The position numbers were made by a program, and so were the translations under genes. A DNA stretch of 64,000 bases from Dehalococcoidia bacterium (lineage in GTDB: Bacteria > Chloroflexota > Dehalococcoidia > SHYB01). Shown one piece after another: positions 27,941 through 37,714 of the stretch; position 1 is the stretch's first letter; every line of letters begins with the position of its first letter. The DNA lies in NCBI GenBank assembly GCA_965207995.1, contig CBDBNG010000001.1:89954-153953 (forward strand), written 5' to 3'. The notes beneath the pieces were generated by a model. That model worked only from the letters and a program-made list of their open reading frames with translations. It made no database searches and was not told where the DNA came from.

Positions 27941-30295
27941 CTAGCCTCCGTTCCGCGCGTCGCCGATCGCCCGCCAGACCTTCTCCGGCGTCAACGGCAT
28001 GTCGATAGCGGTAACCCCGAGCGGCCGCAGGGCGTCCATGACGGCGTTATAGACCGTAGGCGTGGACGCGATGGTGCCGGCCTCGCCGACGCCTTTCACG
28101 CCCAACGGATGGTGCGGCGAGGGCGTCGTGTTCGACTGCACCTCGATGTCGGGCAGCGCGTCGGCGCGCGGGAGGGCGTAGTCGAGCATCGTTCCCGTGA
28201 GGAGCTGACCGTCGTCGTCGTAGACGGCGCCCTCCCACAGGGCAGGCCCGACTCCCTGGACGACGCCGCCGTGCACCTGGCCCTCCACGATCATCGGGTT
28301 GATCTGCACACCGCAGTCGTCCACCGCGTAGTAGCGCTGCAGGTCGATCTGACCCGTCGCGGGGTCTACTTCGACCACCGCGAGGTGCGCCCCGAAGGGG
28401 TAGGTGAAGTTCGGGGGGTCGTAGAACGAGCTGGCTTCAAGGCCCGGCTCCATGCCCTCGGGCATGTTCCAGGCTACGTTTGCCATGAGCGCGATGTCCT
28501 GTATCGTCTTGTGCTGGTCGGGGGAGCCGCGGACGAAGAAGCGGCCGTCCTCGTATTCGATGTCCTCCGTGGCGGCTTCCAGGAGGTGGGCCGCGAGGGC
28601 CTTCGATTTCTCCTTGACCTTGCGCGCCGCCAGCGTGACCGCGGCGCCGGAGACCACCGTCGTTCGGCTGCCGTAGGTGCCCCAGCCCATTGGGGTGAGG
28701 TCGGTGTCGCCGTGGATGACTTCGACGTCGTCCACATCCACGCCGACTTCCTCGGCGATGATCTGGGCGAAGGTCGTCTCCTCTCCCTGGCCGTGCGGCG
28801 AGGAGCCGACCATCACGTTCACCTTGCCCGTAGGGTGGAAGCGGACGATGGCGCTCTCCCAGAGACCTCCCTGGAAGCCGACCGCGCCCGCGACCTGTGA
28901 AGGGCCAAGGCCGCAGATTTCGACGTAGGTGGAGACGCCGATGCCGACGCAGCGGCCCTCCTCCCGCGCCTTCGCCTGGTCGGCGCGTAGGGATTCGTAG
29001 CCGGCGGCGCTAAGGCAGGCGTCGAGCGTGGCCTCGTAGTCGCCGCTGTCGTAGGTGATGCCGGTGGCGACGTCGTGGCCGTTCTCGAACTTGGGGATCA
29101 GGTTCTTGCGGCGCACCTCCGTGGGGTCCATCTCCAGCCGCGCGGCGAGCAGGTCGACGAGGCGCTCGATCAGCATCGTCGCTTCGGGACGGCCCGCGCC
29201 GCGGTAGGCGTCGACGGGCGTGCCGTTGTTGAAGACGCCGTAGACGGTCCCGCCGATGTTGGCGATGTCGTAGGCGCCCGAGTACATCAGGCCGTGGAGG
29301 ATCGTCGGCACGCCAGGAGCCGCGGTCGAGAGGTAGCCGCCGAGACCGGCGTAGACGGTGGTGCGGAGGCCGGTGATCTTGCCGTCGGCCGTGGCCGCCA
29401 TCTCGACCTCTTCGATGTGGTCGCGGCCTTGAGTCGTGATCTGGTAGTTCTCGCTCCGCGTCTCGGTCCATTTCACCGGCACGCCCAGGCGCATCGAGCA
29501 GAACGACGCGATCGCCTCGTCGGCGTAGTAGGGGATCTTGCTTCCGAAACCGCCGCCGACCTCCGGCGCGATCACGCGGACCTTGTGTTCGGGGACGCCG
29601 GTCACGACGGAGGTCAGGAAGCGGGCGATGTGGGGGTTCTGCGACGTGCTCCAGAGCGTGAGGTCGCCGGTGATGCCGACCCACTGCGCGATGGCCGAGC
29701 GGGGCTCCATGGGGTTTGCGATCAGCCGCGGGAGGGTGATGGTGTCGCTCACGGTGACGTCGGCTTCGGCGAAGGCCGCGTCGGCGTCGCCGCCGGCCAC
29801 CGCCCAGGTGAAGGCGATGTTGTTCGGGACGTCGTCGTGGAGCTTCGGCGCGCCGTCCTGGGCGGCTGCCTTTGGGTTAATGATGGCATCGAGCGGCTCG
29901 TAGTCGACCTCGATGTGCTCCAGCGCGTCCTCGGCTGCGTAGCGGGACTGGGCGACCACCACCGCGACGGCGTCGCCGACGTAGCGGACGCGGTCTTTGG
30001 CGATGGCGGGATGCGCCGGCGTCTTGAGGTCGGAGTTGGGGATGAGCCAGGCGCACGGGAGGGGGTTGAGCACCCCGTCCGTGTCCTCGCCCGTGTAGAC
30101 GGCGAGGACTCCGGGTTGGGCCGCGGCGCCGTCGGTGTCGATGGACTTGATGTTGGCGTGGGCGTAGGGGCTGCGGAGGATGGCCGCGTGCACCATCCCG
30201 GGCAGGGTGATGTCGTCGGTGTACGAGGCCCGCCCCGTGATGAGGCGCGGGTCTTCACGGCGGCGGATGCCGGAACTGAATACGCGTGTGGTCAT
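27941..30295 (-). CDS. coxL: Molybdenum hydroxylase large subunit (form II CoxL-like)
   Basis: RREDPRLITG, VGGGFGSK, AYRGAGR, HGQGEET, GVKGVGEAG. Confidence 0.93.
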   Translation of the reverse strand: MTTRVFSSGIRRREDPRLITGRASYTDDITLPGMVHAAILRSPYAHANIKSIDTDGAAAQPGVLAVYTGEDTDGVLNPLPCAWLIPNSDLKTPAHPAIAKDRVRYVGDAVAVVVAQSRYAAEDALEHIEVDYEPLDAIINPKAAAQDGAPKLHDDVPNNIAFTWAVAGGDADAAFAEADVTVSDTITLPRLIANPMEPRSAIAQWVGITGDLTLWSTSQNPHIARFLTSVVTGVPEHKVRVIAPEVGGGFGSKIPYYADEAIASFCSMRLGVPVKWTETRSENYQITTQGRDHIEEVEMAATADGKITGLRTTVYAGLGGYLSTAAPGVPTILHGLMYSGAYDIANIGGTVYGVFNNGTPVDAYRGAGRPEATMLIERLVDLLAARLEMDPTEVRRKNLIPKFENGHDVATGITYDSGDYEATLDACLSAAGYESLRADQAKAREEGRCVGIGVSTYVEICGLGPSQVAGAVGFQGGLWESAIVRFHPTGKVNVMVGSSPHGQGEETTFAQIIAEEVGVDVDDVEVIHGDTDLTPMGWGTYGSRTTVVSGAAVTLAARKVKEKSKALAAHLLEAATEDIEYEDGRFFVRGSPDQHKTIQDIALMANVAWNMPEGMEPGLEASSFYDPPNFTYPFGAHLAVVEVDPATGQIDLQRYYAVDDCGVQINPMIVEGQVHGGVVQGVGPALWEGAVYDDDGQLLTGTMLDYALPRADALPDIEVQSNTTPSPHHPLGVKGVGEAGTIASTPTVYNAVMDALRPLGVTAIDMPLTPEKVWRAIGDARNGG

Positions 30296-30298
30296 GGC

Positions 30299-30775
30299 CT
30301 AACTCCCTCCCATGGCGCCGGCGGCCTCTTCGACCGCCCGCACGATGTTCTGGTAGCCCGTGCAACGGCAGATGTTGCCTTCCAGGCCGTGGCGGATCTC
30401 CTCGCGTGTGGGCGAGGGGTTCGTCCGCAGCAGCTCCTCCGCCGCCATGATCATGCCCGGCGTGCAGAAGCCGCATTGCAGCCCGTGCTTGTTCCAGAAC
30501 GCCTCCTGCAGAGGGTGCAGTCCGTCGTCGCCGGCAAGCCCTTCGATCGTTCTGACCGAGGAGCCCGACGCCTGAACCGTGAGCACCGTGCACGCCTTCG
30601 CCGATGCGCCGTCGAGCTGCACGGTGCAGGTGCCGCACTGGCTGGTGTCGCACCCGACCTTTGTCCCCGTCAGTCCCGCGTTCTCACGAATGAAGTGCAC
30701 GAGCAGCTGACGGGGCTCGACCTCGCCGCTGTAAGACCGTCCGTTGATGGTGATTTCTACCGGAACTCCCGCCAT
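30299..30775 (-). CDS. coxS: 2Fe-2S subunit (CoxS-like)
   Basis: [28 protein letters not shown]. Confidence 0.93.
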   Translation of the reverse strand: MAGVPVEITINGRSYSGEVEPRQLLVHFIRENAGLTGTKVGCDTSQCGTCTVQLDGASAKACTVLTVQASGSSVRTIEGLAGDDGLHPLQEAFWNKHGLQCGFCTPGMIMAAEELLRTNPSPTREEIRHGLEGNICRCTGYQNIVRAVEEAAGAMGGS

Positions 30776-30907
30776 GCTTCGCCTCCCGTTGCCGCTTGGG
30801 ATTCGCGCACGCGCGCCTTGATAGCGCGGAGTGTAGCAGATACGGCCCGTTCGAGGCAGTCCGCCGCGACCCTCGCGCGGCCCTGCGTCCCCTGCTACAG
30901 TGCCTGC

Positions 30908-31351
30908 ATGAAGCTCGACGGCAGCTACCGCTTCGACATCCCCCGCGAACGGCTGTGGGAGACGCTCATGGACCCGGGCGCGGTGCGGGAGTGCGTGCCG
31001 GGTGTCCGGTCGTTCGACACTCTTGCGCCGGACCACTACGAGATCGAGGTGTCGGTGCGCGTTGGCGTCGTCTCCGGCTCCTACAAGGCGACGTTGGAGG
31101 TGGTGGAGAAGACGGCGCCGTCGTCCTACCGGATGGTGGTGCAGGGCTCCGGGGCGCGCACGAACGTCAGGGGTGAGGGCGGGGTCGTCCTCACGGCGAA
31201 GGAGGACGGGGCGACGACGCTCAGCTTCGACGGCGACGTACAGGTGACGGGCGTGCTGGCGCGGGCCGGCCAACGCTTGATGTCTAACGTCGCCAAGACG
31301 CAGATCGACCGCTTCTTCCAGTGCCTCGAGTCCAAGGCGGCGGGGGCGTGA
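30908..31351 (+). CDS. coxG: CoxG/SRPBCC protein, leaderless
   Basis: MKLDGSYRF...LMDP...CVPG...QIDRFF; TGcTACAGT 6 nt before ATG. Confidence 0.88.
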   Translation: MKLDGSYRFDIPRERLWETLMDPGAVRECVPGVRSFDTLAPDHYEIEVSVRVGVVSGSYKATLEVVEKTAPSSYRMVVQGSGARTNVRGEGGVVLTAKEDGATTLSFDGDVQVTGVLARAGQRLMSNVAKTQIDRFFQCLESKAAGA

Positions 31352-31385
31352 CGCCGCGGAGAGTGCTCGCGAGGCCCCCCTTCGG

Positions 31386-32531
31386 ATGAAGGCGAATGGC
31401 ACATACGACGTCATCGTCGTGGGCGTCGGCGGCATGGGCTCGGCGACGGTGTACGAGGTGGCGAGCCGCGGCCTGCGCGTGCTGGGACTTGAACGCTTCG
31501 ACATTCCGAACGACTTCGGTTCGTCGCACGGCGTGAGCCGGATCATCCGGCTGGCCTACTTCGAGCACCCTTCGTACGTGCCGTTGCTGCGGCGCTCCTA
31601 CGAGCGTTGGCGCGAGTTGGAAGCGGCGAGCGGGGAGCAGCTGCTTCACGTCGTCGGCTCCCTGGACACAGGGCCAGAGAACGGCGAGGTGGTCAAGGGC
31701 TCCCTTCGCTCCTGTGGGGAGCACGATCTGCCCCACGAGCCGCTCACAAGCGCGGAAGTGGCGCGCCGGTTTCCCGGCTGCCGGTTGCCGGAGGGTTGGA
31801 TGGGTGTCTACCAGCCCGACGGCGGCTTCCTGCTTTCGGAGCGGTGCATCGTGAACCACGTCAGCGCCGCGTTAGAGCGCGGGGCCGACGTGCGGGCCCG
31901 TGAGGCGGTGTTGGAGTGGAGTAGCAGCGGCAGCGGCGTGCGAGTCGAGACGGCTCGTGGGTCGTATGAGGCGGGATCGTTAGTGATCAGCGCCGGCGCG
32001 TGGACGGGCCCGCTAGTGCCGTCCTTGGACCGCCTGCTGACGCCGGAGCGCCAGGTGATGGGGTGGTTCCAGCCGCTCCGGCCGGAGCTTTATGCGCCCG
32101 GCGCGCTCCCGGTCGTGATCGGCGAATTCGAGGAGGGGAACTACTATTCCTTCCCGGTGTTCGGCGTGCCGGGTTTCAAGATCGGCAAGTTCCACCACCT
32201 CAATGAGGCGACGACCGCCGAGGACCTAGACAGGAACTGCCGGGACGATGATGAAGCGGCCCTGCGTCAGGCGGTCGCCCGCTATTTCCCCGACGCGAAC
32301 GGGCCGACGATGGCCTTGAAGGCCTGCATGTTCACCAACTCGCCCGACGAGCACTTCATCATCGACGCGCTCCCCGGCTCTCCGAACGTCTTCTTCGCCG
32401 CCGGGTTTTCCGGGCACGGCTTCAAGTTCTGCAGCGTCGTAGGAGAGATCATGGCCGACCTCGCCACGCAGGGCGAGACGGCCCACGATATCTCGCTTCT
32501 GCGCCTCGACCGTTTCCGGTCAGGTGCCTGA
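31386..32531 (+). CDS. solA: Monomeric sarcosine/N-methyltryptophan oxidase
   Basis: [41 protein letters not shown]. Confidence 0.9.
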   Translation: MKANGTYDVIVVGVGGMGSATVYEVASRGLRVLGLERFDIPNDFGSSHGVSRIIRLAYFEHPSYVPLLRRSYERWRELEAASGEQLLHVVGSLDTGPENGEVVKGSLRSCGEHDLPHEPLTSAEVARRFPGCRLPEGWMGVYQPDGGFLLSERCIVNHVSAALERGADVRAREAVLEWSSSGSGVRVETARGSYEAGSLVISAGAWTGPLVPSLDRLLTPERQVMGWFQPLRPELYAPGALPVVIGEFEEGNYYSFPVFGVPGFKIGKFHHLNEATTAEDLDRNCRDDDEAALRQAVARYFPDANGPTMALKACMFTNSPDEHFIIDALPGSPNVFFAAGFSGHGFKFCSVVGEIMADLATQGETAHDISLLRLDRFRSGA

Positions 32532-32559
32532 AGCCCCGGTCTTCCTGCCGGCAGCCTCC

Positions 32560-33729
32560 CTAGGGTGTCTCGGCGGGGCCCAGCACCCGGAAGCCGCCAT
32601 TCTCCTCAGTCCGCTCGGACGTCGGCAGGACCTCGATGACAACGTTGGAGAGCCCGACGACGTCGCCGTTCTCGTCGAAGCTGTAGTTGTCGCCGATTGC
32701 GCCGCTATAGGTCAGCTCGTAGAGGCAGTCCCTGAAGCCGTCGGCGTCCTGGTCGTCCCCGGTCTCCTTCAGGCACTCCGCCGCGATGTAGACATCGTCG
32801 TAGGCGGAACCCTGGAACCAGGGCAGCGTCGCGACCGTGTTGTAGCGCTCGCGGAAGTTCGTCAGGAACTCCTTGCCGGTGGCGGTGGTCAAGTCGGGGT
32901 TGGGAATGATGGCCTTCAGGCCCGTGGCGGCGTCGCCCGCGATGTTGAGGGCTTCGGGCTGCGACGGCACGATCTCCGAGTAGATCGGCCCCTCGTAGCC
33001 CAGCTCGCGGGCCTGCTTCATGATGGTCCCCCCGGCGGCCTCGCCTTGCGCCGCCAAGAGGAGCGCGTCGGGGTTCGCGTTGATCAGTTTCGTCAGCTGG
33101 CTGCGGAAATCGACGACGTCGGAGGAGAAGCCCTCCTCCGCGACCACGCTGCCGCCCAGCTCCTTGAACCGCGCGACGGACGTGCTCCGCGCGCCCTCCG
33201 CGTAGTCCGTGGACTCGGTGATGGTGGCGATGCTGCGGATGCCGTCGACCCAGAGCGTGTTGCCGATGTCGATACCCAGCTGGAGGTCGTTGATAGCGGT
33301 GCGGAAGATGTAGTCGCCCGCGCCGGCGATGTCGGGGCTGGTCGCCGAGGCAGAGAGCATGACGACGCCCTCTTCCTCGGCCAGCGGCGCCGCGCCGAGT
33401 GTCGAGCCGCTGCACGTGCCGCCGAGGATGATCTTCACGCCGTCTACGTCGGTCAGCTTGTTGTAGGCGGTGATGGCGTCCTGCGCGGCGCACTTGGAGT
33501 CCTCGACGATGAGCTCCAGCATCCTGCCGTCGATGCCGCCGGCGGCGTTGATCTCCTCGACCGCCAGGAGCTTGGCTTGGAGGATCGGGTTGCCATAGGA
33601 CTCAGCGACCCCGCTGAGCGCGTCCATCGCGCCGATCTTGTACGGCTCGTCGGAGTCCCCACCGCAGGCGAACACCAGAAGCAGCGGCAGAGCCAGCACT
33701 ATCAGTGGTTTCCAGAGCATAGACCGCAT
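32560..33729 (-). CDS. Branched-chain amino acid ABC substrate-binding lipoprotein
   Basis: Lipobox VFAC, EEINAAGGIDGR, EDSKC, AGDYIFR. Confidence 0.88.
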   Translation of the reverse strand: MRSMLWKPLIVLALPLLLVFACGGDSDEPYKIGAMDALSGVAESYGNPILQAKLLAVEEINAAGGIDGRMLELIVEDSKCAAQDAITAYNKLTDVDGVKIILGGTCSGSTLGAAPLAEEEGVVMLSASATSPDIAGAGDYIFRTAINDLQLGIDIGNTLWVDGIRSIATITESTDYAEGARSTSVARFKELGGSVVAEEGFSSDVVDFRSQLTKLINANPDALLLAAQGEAAGGTIMKQARELGYEGPIYSEIVPSQPEALNIAGDAATGLKAIIPNPDLTTATGKEFLTNFRERYNTVATLPWFQGSAYDDVYIAAECLKETGDDQDADGFRDCLYELTYSGAIGDNYSFDENGDVVGLSNVVIEVLPTSERTEENGGFRVLGPAETP

Positions 33730-33824
33730 CGAATTCCCCCTACGTCGCGGGACGAAGCCTGAAAGGATGCCCCGCATCTGTCCGAACACAACAATTCTTG
33801 TGCAATGAAACTGTCTCACTCCTG

Positions 33825-34694
33825 TCAAGAGCCGGATTCCAAGAGTCTCATCTGCACGTCCACCTCCAGCTCGGTCTCGCCGCCGCCGTGCATGACGCCG
33901 CGCGTCGGGGCGACGTCCTGGTAGTCGCGGCCCACCGCCACACGCACGTGGCTTTCCCCGGGCGGGCAGCCGTTGGTGGGGTCGAAGCCGGTCCATCCCA
34001 AGCCGGGCAGCAGGCATTCCACCCAGGCATGGGACGCCGACGCCAATGCCTCACTGCCCGATTCCACCGGGACGTAGCCCGACACATAGCGAGTGGGCAC
34101 GCCCCAGGAGCGGGCAATGGCGATCATCACGTGCGCATAGTCCTGACAGACACCCAGGCCGTTTTCCAGGATGTGGTCAATCGGCGAGGCCACCGACGTG
34201 CTCCCCGGCACGTACTCGAAGCTGCGGTGCAGCGTCTCGGAGAGCCCGGTGAGGGCCTCCAGCGGGTCGCCCTCCGCCTTGATGCCCACCCGCCCCACAA
34301 AGCCGTCGAGAGCGGCGGAGGGGCGGGCCACGGCGCTGGGGTGCGTGAAATCCCAATAGGCGAAGGAGTCCCGCCACGAGCGGATTTCTCCCCAAGCGCC
34401 GGTCCCAAGGGGGCCTGAGGGCGGGGCCGGAGCCACGGTCTGCACCGTGGACCAGGCGGTTATCTCCAAGGCATCGTGCTCGCGATGGATGTTCAGGACG
34501 TGCTTGGTGTTGCCGAAGATGTCCCGCTCGCTGTTGATAGACGAGGGAGGCGCGGTCGAGAGCTCGAAGCCGAGACGTTGTTGGCCGGCGTCGTCCCGAG
34601 GCTTCAAGCAGAGCGCCATTACGCAGCCCCGCACCGGCACGGAGTACGAGTACCGGGAGACGTGGTTGATCTCGTAGCGGGTCGTGCCCTGCAC
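33825..34694 (-). CDS. Transglutaminase family protein
   Basis: GVCQDYAH, RYVSGY, SHAWVE, FDPTN, GRDYQDVAP. Confidence 0.92.
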   Translation of the reverse strand: MQGTTRYEINHVSRYSYSVPVRGCVMALCLKPRDDAGQQRLGFELSTAPPSSINSERDIFGNTKHVLNIHREHDALEITAWSTVQTVAPAPPSGPLGTGAWGEIRSWRDSFAYWDFTHPSAVARPSAALDGFVGRVGIKAEGDPLEALTGLSETLHRSFEYVPGSTSVASPIDHILENGLGVCQDYAHVMIAIARSWGVPTRYVSGYVPVESGSEALASASHAWVECLLPGLGWTGFDPTNGCPPGESHVRVAVGRDYQDVAPTRGVMHGGGETELEVDVQMRLLESGS

Positions 34695-34696
34695 GG

Positions 34697-35659
34697 TCAG
34701 CCTGCCCGAAAGTCCTCTACCGGGTAGTCGAAGTAGGCCGAGGCGACGAGGTGGTGCAGCTCCCTTCCGTGCTCCAGGACTTGGCGAAGGAGGTCCGCGT
34801 GGTCTTCGCGGTCGGGCCAGTCGTAGCGTATGAGCGACGTCATGCGTCCTATCAGCCGCGCCGCCGCGGCGCTGGAGGCTGTGTCGGGGCCGGGGCCGAG
34901 CGTGTTGAGGTCTGAGGCCACCCTGTCCAGCGACCGGCACAGTGAGTCGGGCAGGTTGGGGTCGGTCGCCAACAGGTCCATGACCTGCTTCGGCCGCACC
35001 TCGACGCTGTACCGCTGGTTGTACACCTCGAAGGCGTGCCATACGCGCAACAGGCCCGTCCAGTCGGCGTCCGCTTCATCTGCGACGTTCGCCGCGGTGT
35101 CGAGCTGCGTGAGCAGGAGCGAGGACGAGAGCTGGGAACGTTCGATGAACCGGCCGATCTGCAGGAAGCGCCAGCCCTCGTCGCGGTACATGGTGGCGCC
35201 GGCGACGCCGGAGAAGGTTGCGAGCTCGGCCACGAGCTCGTCGTAGAAGATTTCCGGGGAGTTCCAGATGTCCCGGACTCTCAGCTTCTGCACGCGGAGA
35301 TAGGCGAGGTTGAGCCGGGTCCACATCTCGGCGCTGATGCAGTGACGCATCTGCCGGGCGTTCTCCCGCCCCAGCGCGAAGCAGCTCCATACCGAGTAGG
35401 GATTGGAGCGCTCGAACGTGAGGTCGTCCGTCAAGGTGTAGGCGTCGGCTAACGTAAAGGCATCGTCGCCGACCTCGAGGACCTCGCCGGGAGGCCGCCG
35501 GTTCAGGCTGCCGTAGATCCGGCTCCATCCGTAGTAGATTTGCCGCGGAGGCCGGTCGACCAGCGCCTCAGTCTCGAGCCGGAGCAGGCGGCATAGGTGC
35601 TCGGCCCGCTCCAGGTAGCGGCCCATCCAGTAGAGGCCCTGTGCGCTGCGTGCCAGCAT
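34697..35659 (-). CDS. Alpha-E domain protein
   Basis: LYWMGRYLERAE, RENARQMR, GRFIER (paired ER motifs). Confidence 0.92.
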   Translation of the reverse strand: MLARSAQGLYWMGRYLERAEHLCRLLRLETEALVDRPPRQIYYGWSRIYGSLNRRPPGEVLEVGDDAFTLADAYTLTDDLTFERSNPYSVWSCFALGRENARQMRHCISAEMWTRLNLAYLRVQKLRVRDIWNSPEIFYDELVAELATFSGVAGATMYRDEGWRFLQIGRFIERSQLSSSLLLTQLDTAANVADEADADWTGLLRVWHAFEVYNQRYSVEVRPKQVMDLLATDPNLPDSLCRSLDRVASDLNTLGPGPDTASSAAAARLIGRMTSLIRYDWPDREDHADLLRQVLEHGRELHHLVASAYFDYPVEDFRAG

Positions 35660-35662
35660 GGG

Positions 35663-37123
35663 TCAGTCCTCGAGCACCCAGAGGTCTTTGCCGCCCCCGC
35701 CCTGGCTGGAGTTGACCACGAGGCTTCCCTTCCGCAATGCGACGCGGCAAAACGCGCCGGGCACGATGCGGGTCTCGCGTCCCTGCAGCACGAACGGGCG
35801 GAGGTCGACGTGGCGCGACTCGAACCGGCCGTCGATAAGGCATGGCGCGCGGGAGAGGTCGAGCACCGGCTGTGATATGAAGCCGGCCGGATCGGCGCGC
35901 AACTGATCAGCATAGGCGTCGCGCTCTTCGGCCGTTGAGTGGGGGCCGACAAGCATGCCGTAGCCTCCGGACTCGCCCACCCGCTTGACCACCAGGTCCT
36001 GCAGGTTGTCCAGGGTGAATTCAAGGTCTTCGGGCCGTCGGCAGAGCCTGGTGTCGACGTTGGCGAGGATGGGTTCCTCGCTTAGGTAGTAGCGGACCAT
36101 GTCGGGGACGTAGGCGTAGACGCTCTTGTCGTCGGCCACACCCGTTCCGGGCGCGTTCGCCAGCGTCACGTTGCCCAGCCTGTAGGCGTGCATCAGTCCG
36201 GGCACGCCAAGAAGGGAGTCGGGCCGGAAGACGAGCGGGTCGAGGAAGTCGTCGTCCACCCGACGGTAGATCACGTCCACGCGCTGCAGTCCCTCCGTGG
36301 TGCGCATGTAGACGAAGCCATCGTTGACGAGGAGGTCGCGCCCCTCCACCAACTCGGCCCCAAGCTCGCGGGCCAGGAAGATGTGCTCGTAGAAGGCGGA
36401 GTTGTAGACCCCGGGGGTGAGCAGCGCGATGCACGGGTCGGACTGCCCCTTTGGTGCGAGCTCGCGCAGCGTTTCCTGGAGCAGGCCTCCGTAGTGTGAC
36501 ACCTCCCGCACACGCGACCTTCGATAGAGGCGGGGCAGGCTCGACTTGGCGACCTTCCGGTTCGCCAGCATGTACGACACGCCGGAGGGGACGCGAAGGT
36601 TGTCCTCCAGCACCATGAAGCCGTCGTTGGTGCGTACCAGGTCGGTGCCGCAAATGGCGACCCAGATGCCATGGGGCGCGGAGAAGCCGCGCATCTCGAC
36701 CCGGTACTGCGGGCACCCGCGAATCATGTCGGCGGGGACCACGCCATCGTGTACGATCCGCGGCTCCCCGTGAGCGCCATTCGCGCCGGATGGCCCGTAG
36801 ATCTCTTCCAGGAAGAGGTTGAGGGCCTTCAGGCGCTGGGTCAGACCCGCCTCCAGATGGCTCCACTCGGCGGCAGAGAGCACCCGAGGGACGCAGTCGA
36901 CGGGCAGGGTGCGCTCCTGGGCCTCCTCGTTGCCGTAGACGGCGAAGGTGATCCCCTCGTTCTCGAACGAGCGCGAGAAGCGGTCTTGAATCGTGGCCAA
37001 CCGGTCGGCGGGGAGCCGCGTCAGAAGCTCATGCACGGGCCGCCAATGCTCCCGCGGACTGCCGTCGGGCAGGAACATCTCGTCGTAGAAGGCCGGTTCG
37101 AGGTCGTAGGTGTCGAAGTCCAC
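35663..37123 (-). CDS. Circularly permuted type 2 ATP-grasp protein
   Basis: EDNLRVPSGVSY, YRRVDDDFLDP, GTGVADDK, HVDLRPF, VNSSQGGGGKD. Confidence 0.93.
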   Translation of the reverse strand: MDFDTYDLEPAFYDEMFLPDGSPREHWRPVHELLTRLPADRLATIQDRFSRSFENEGITFAVYGNEEAQERTLPVDCVPRVLSAAEWSHLEAGLTQRLKALNLFLEEIYGPSGANGAHGEPRIVHDGVVPADMIRGCPQYRVEMRGFSAPHGIWVAICGTDLVRTNDGFMVLEDNLRVPSGVSYMLANRKVAKSSLPRLYRRSRVREVSHYGGLLQETLRELAPKGQSDPCIALLTPGVYNSAFYEHIFLARELGAELVEGRDLLVNDGFVYMRTTEGLQRVDVIYRRVDDDFLDPLVFRPDSLLGVPGLMHAYRLGNVTLANAPGTGVADDKSVYAYVPDMVRYYLSEEPILANVDTRLCRRPEDLEFTLDNLQDLVVKRVGESGGYGMLVGPHSTAEERDAYADQLRADPAGFISQPVLDLSRAPCLIDGRFESRHVDLRPFVLQGRETRIVPGAFCRVALRKGSLVVNSSQGGGGKDLWVLED

Positions 37124-37315
37124 GTCGGCGTACCGACTCCTTCGGGAACATGGTCGCTTCTACTGAAGCCACCTAGAGCCGCGGTCAGCGTTCGACGGGA
37201 TGCTACCATTTTGGCAGCGGGCGCGCGAAGGCGGCGGCTCTTGATGCCCGGCGATGCCAGCATATACACTGGTGGGTGGACACACCACTTTCCAGTCAGA
37301 AGGGGCTCTCATCGG

Positions 37316-37573
37316 ATGGCGTACATCATTACCGAACCGTGCATCGGGGTTAAGGACCACGCGTGCGTCGAGGTCTGCCCGGTCGATTGCATTCACCCGC
37401 GCCAAGGCGACCCCGAGTTCGACGACGTCGAAATGCTCTACATCAACCCTGACGAGTGCATCGACTGCGCCGCGTGCGAGCCGGTGTGCCCGGTGAACGC
37501 GATCTTCGAGGAGGACGCGACGCCGGACCAGTGGAAGAACTACATCGAAATCAATAAGAACTACTTCGAATAG
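37316..37573 (+). CDS. Dicluster ferredoxin (FdxA-like)
   Basis: EPCIGVKDHACVEVCPVDCIH...CIDCAACEPVCP. Confidence 0.93.
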   Translation: MAYIITEPCIGVKDHACVEVCPVDCIHPRQGDPEFDDVEMLYINPDECIDCAACEPVCPVNAIFEEDATPDQWKNYIEINKNYFE

Positions 37574-37714
37574 CGCGGGGCGCCTCCGGCGCCGCGCGGC
37601 GGAGCGATTGAATGCAACGGGCGCCATGTCCGCGAAGTGGCGCCCGTTTTCTTGGAACCGCCCGCGCTAAAGCGGACGACGGTCGGCCTTGGGTCGAATC
37701 GATTGGAGGAGCAG

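Noticed and set aside
27941-30295. True (form I) aerobic CO dehydrogenase
   Set aside because: Motif is AYRGAGR rather than AYxCSFR, and gene order is SLM
33787-33827. Palindromes CACAA-N6-TTGTG and TGAAAC-T-GTCTCA upstream of the ABC binding protein
   Set aside because: Plausible operators but short, single-copy and not assignable to a regulator
37268-37296. Hairpin in the ferredoxin leader as a riboswitch
   Set aside because: Short imperfect stem with no recognisable aptamer motif
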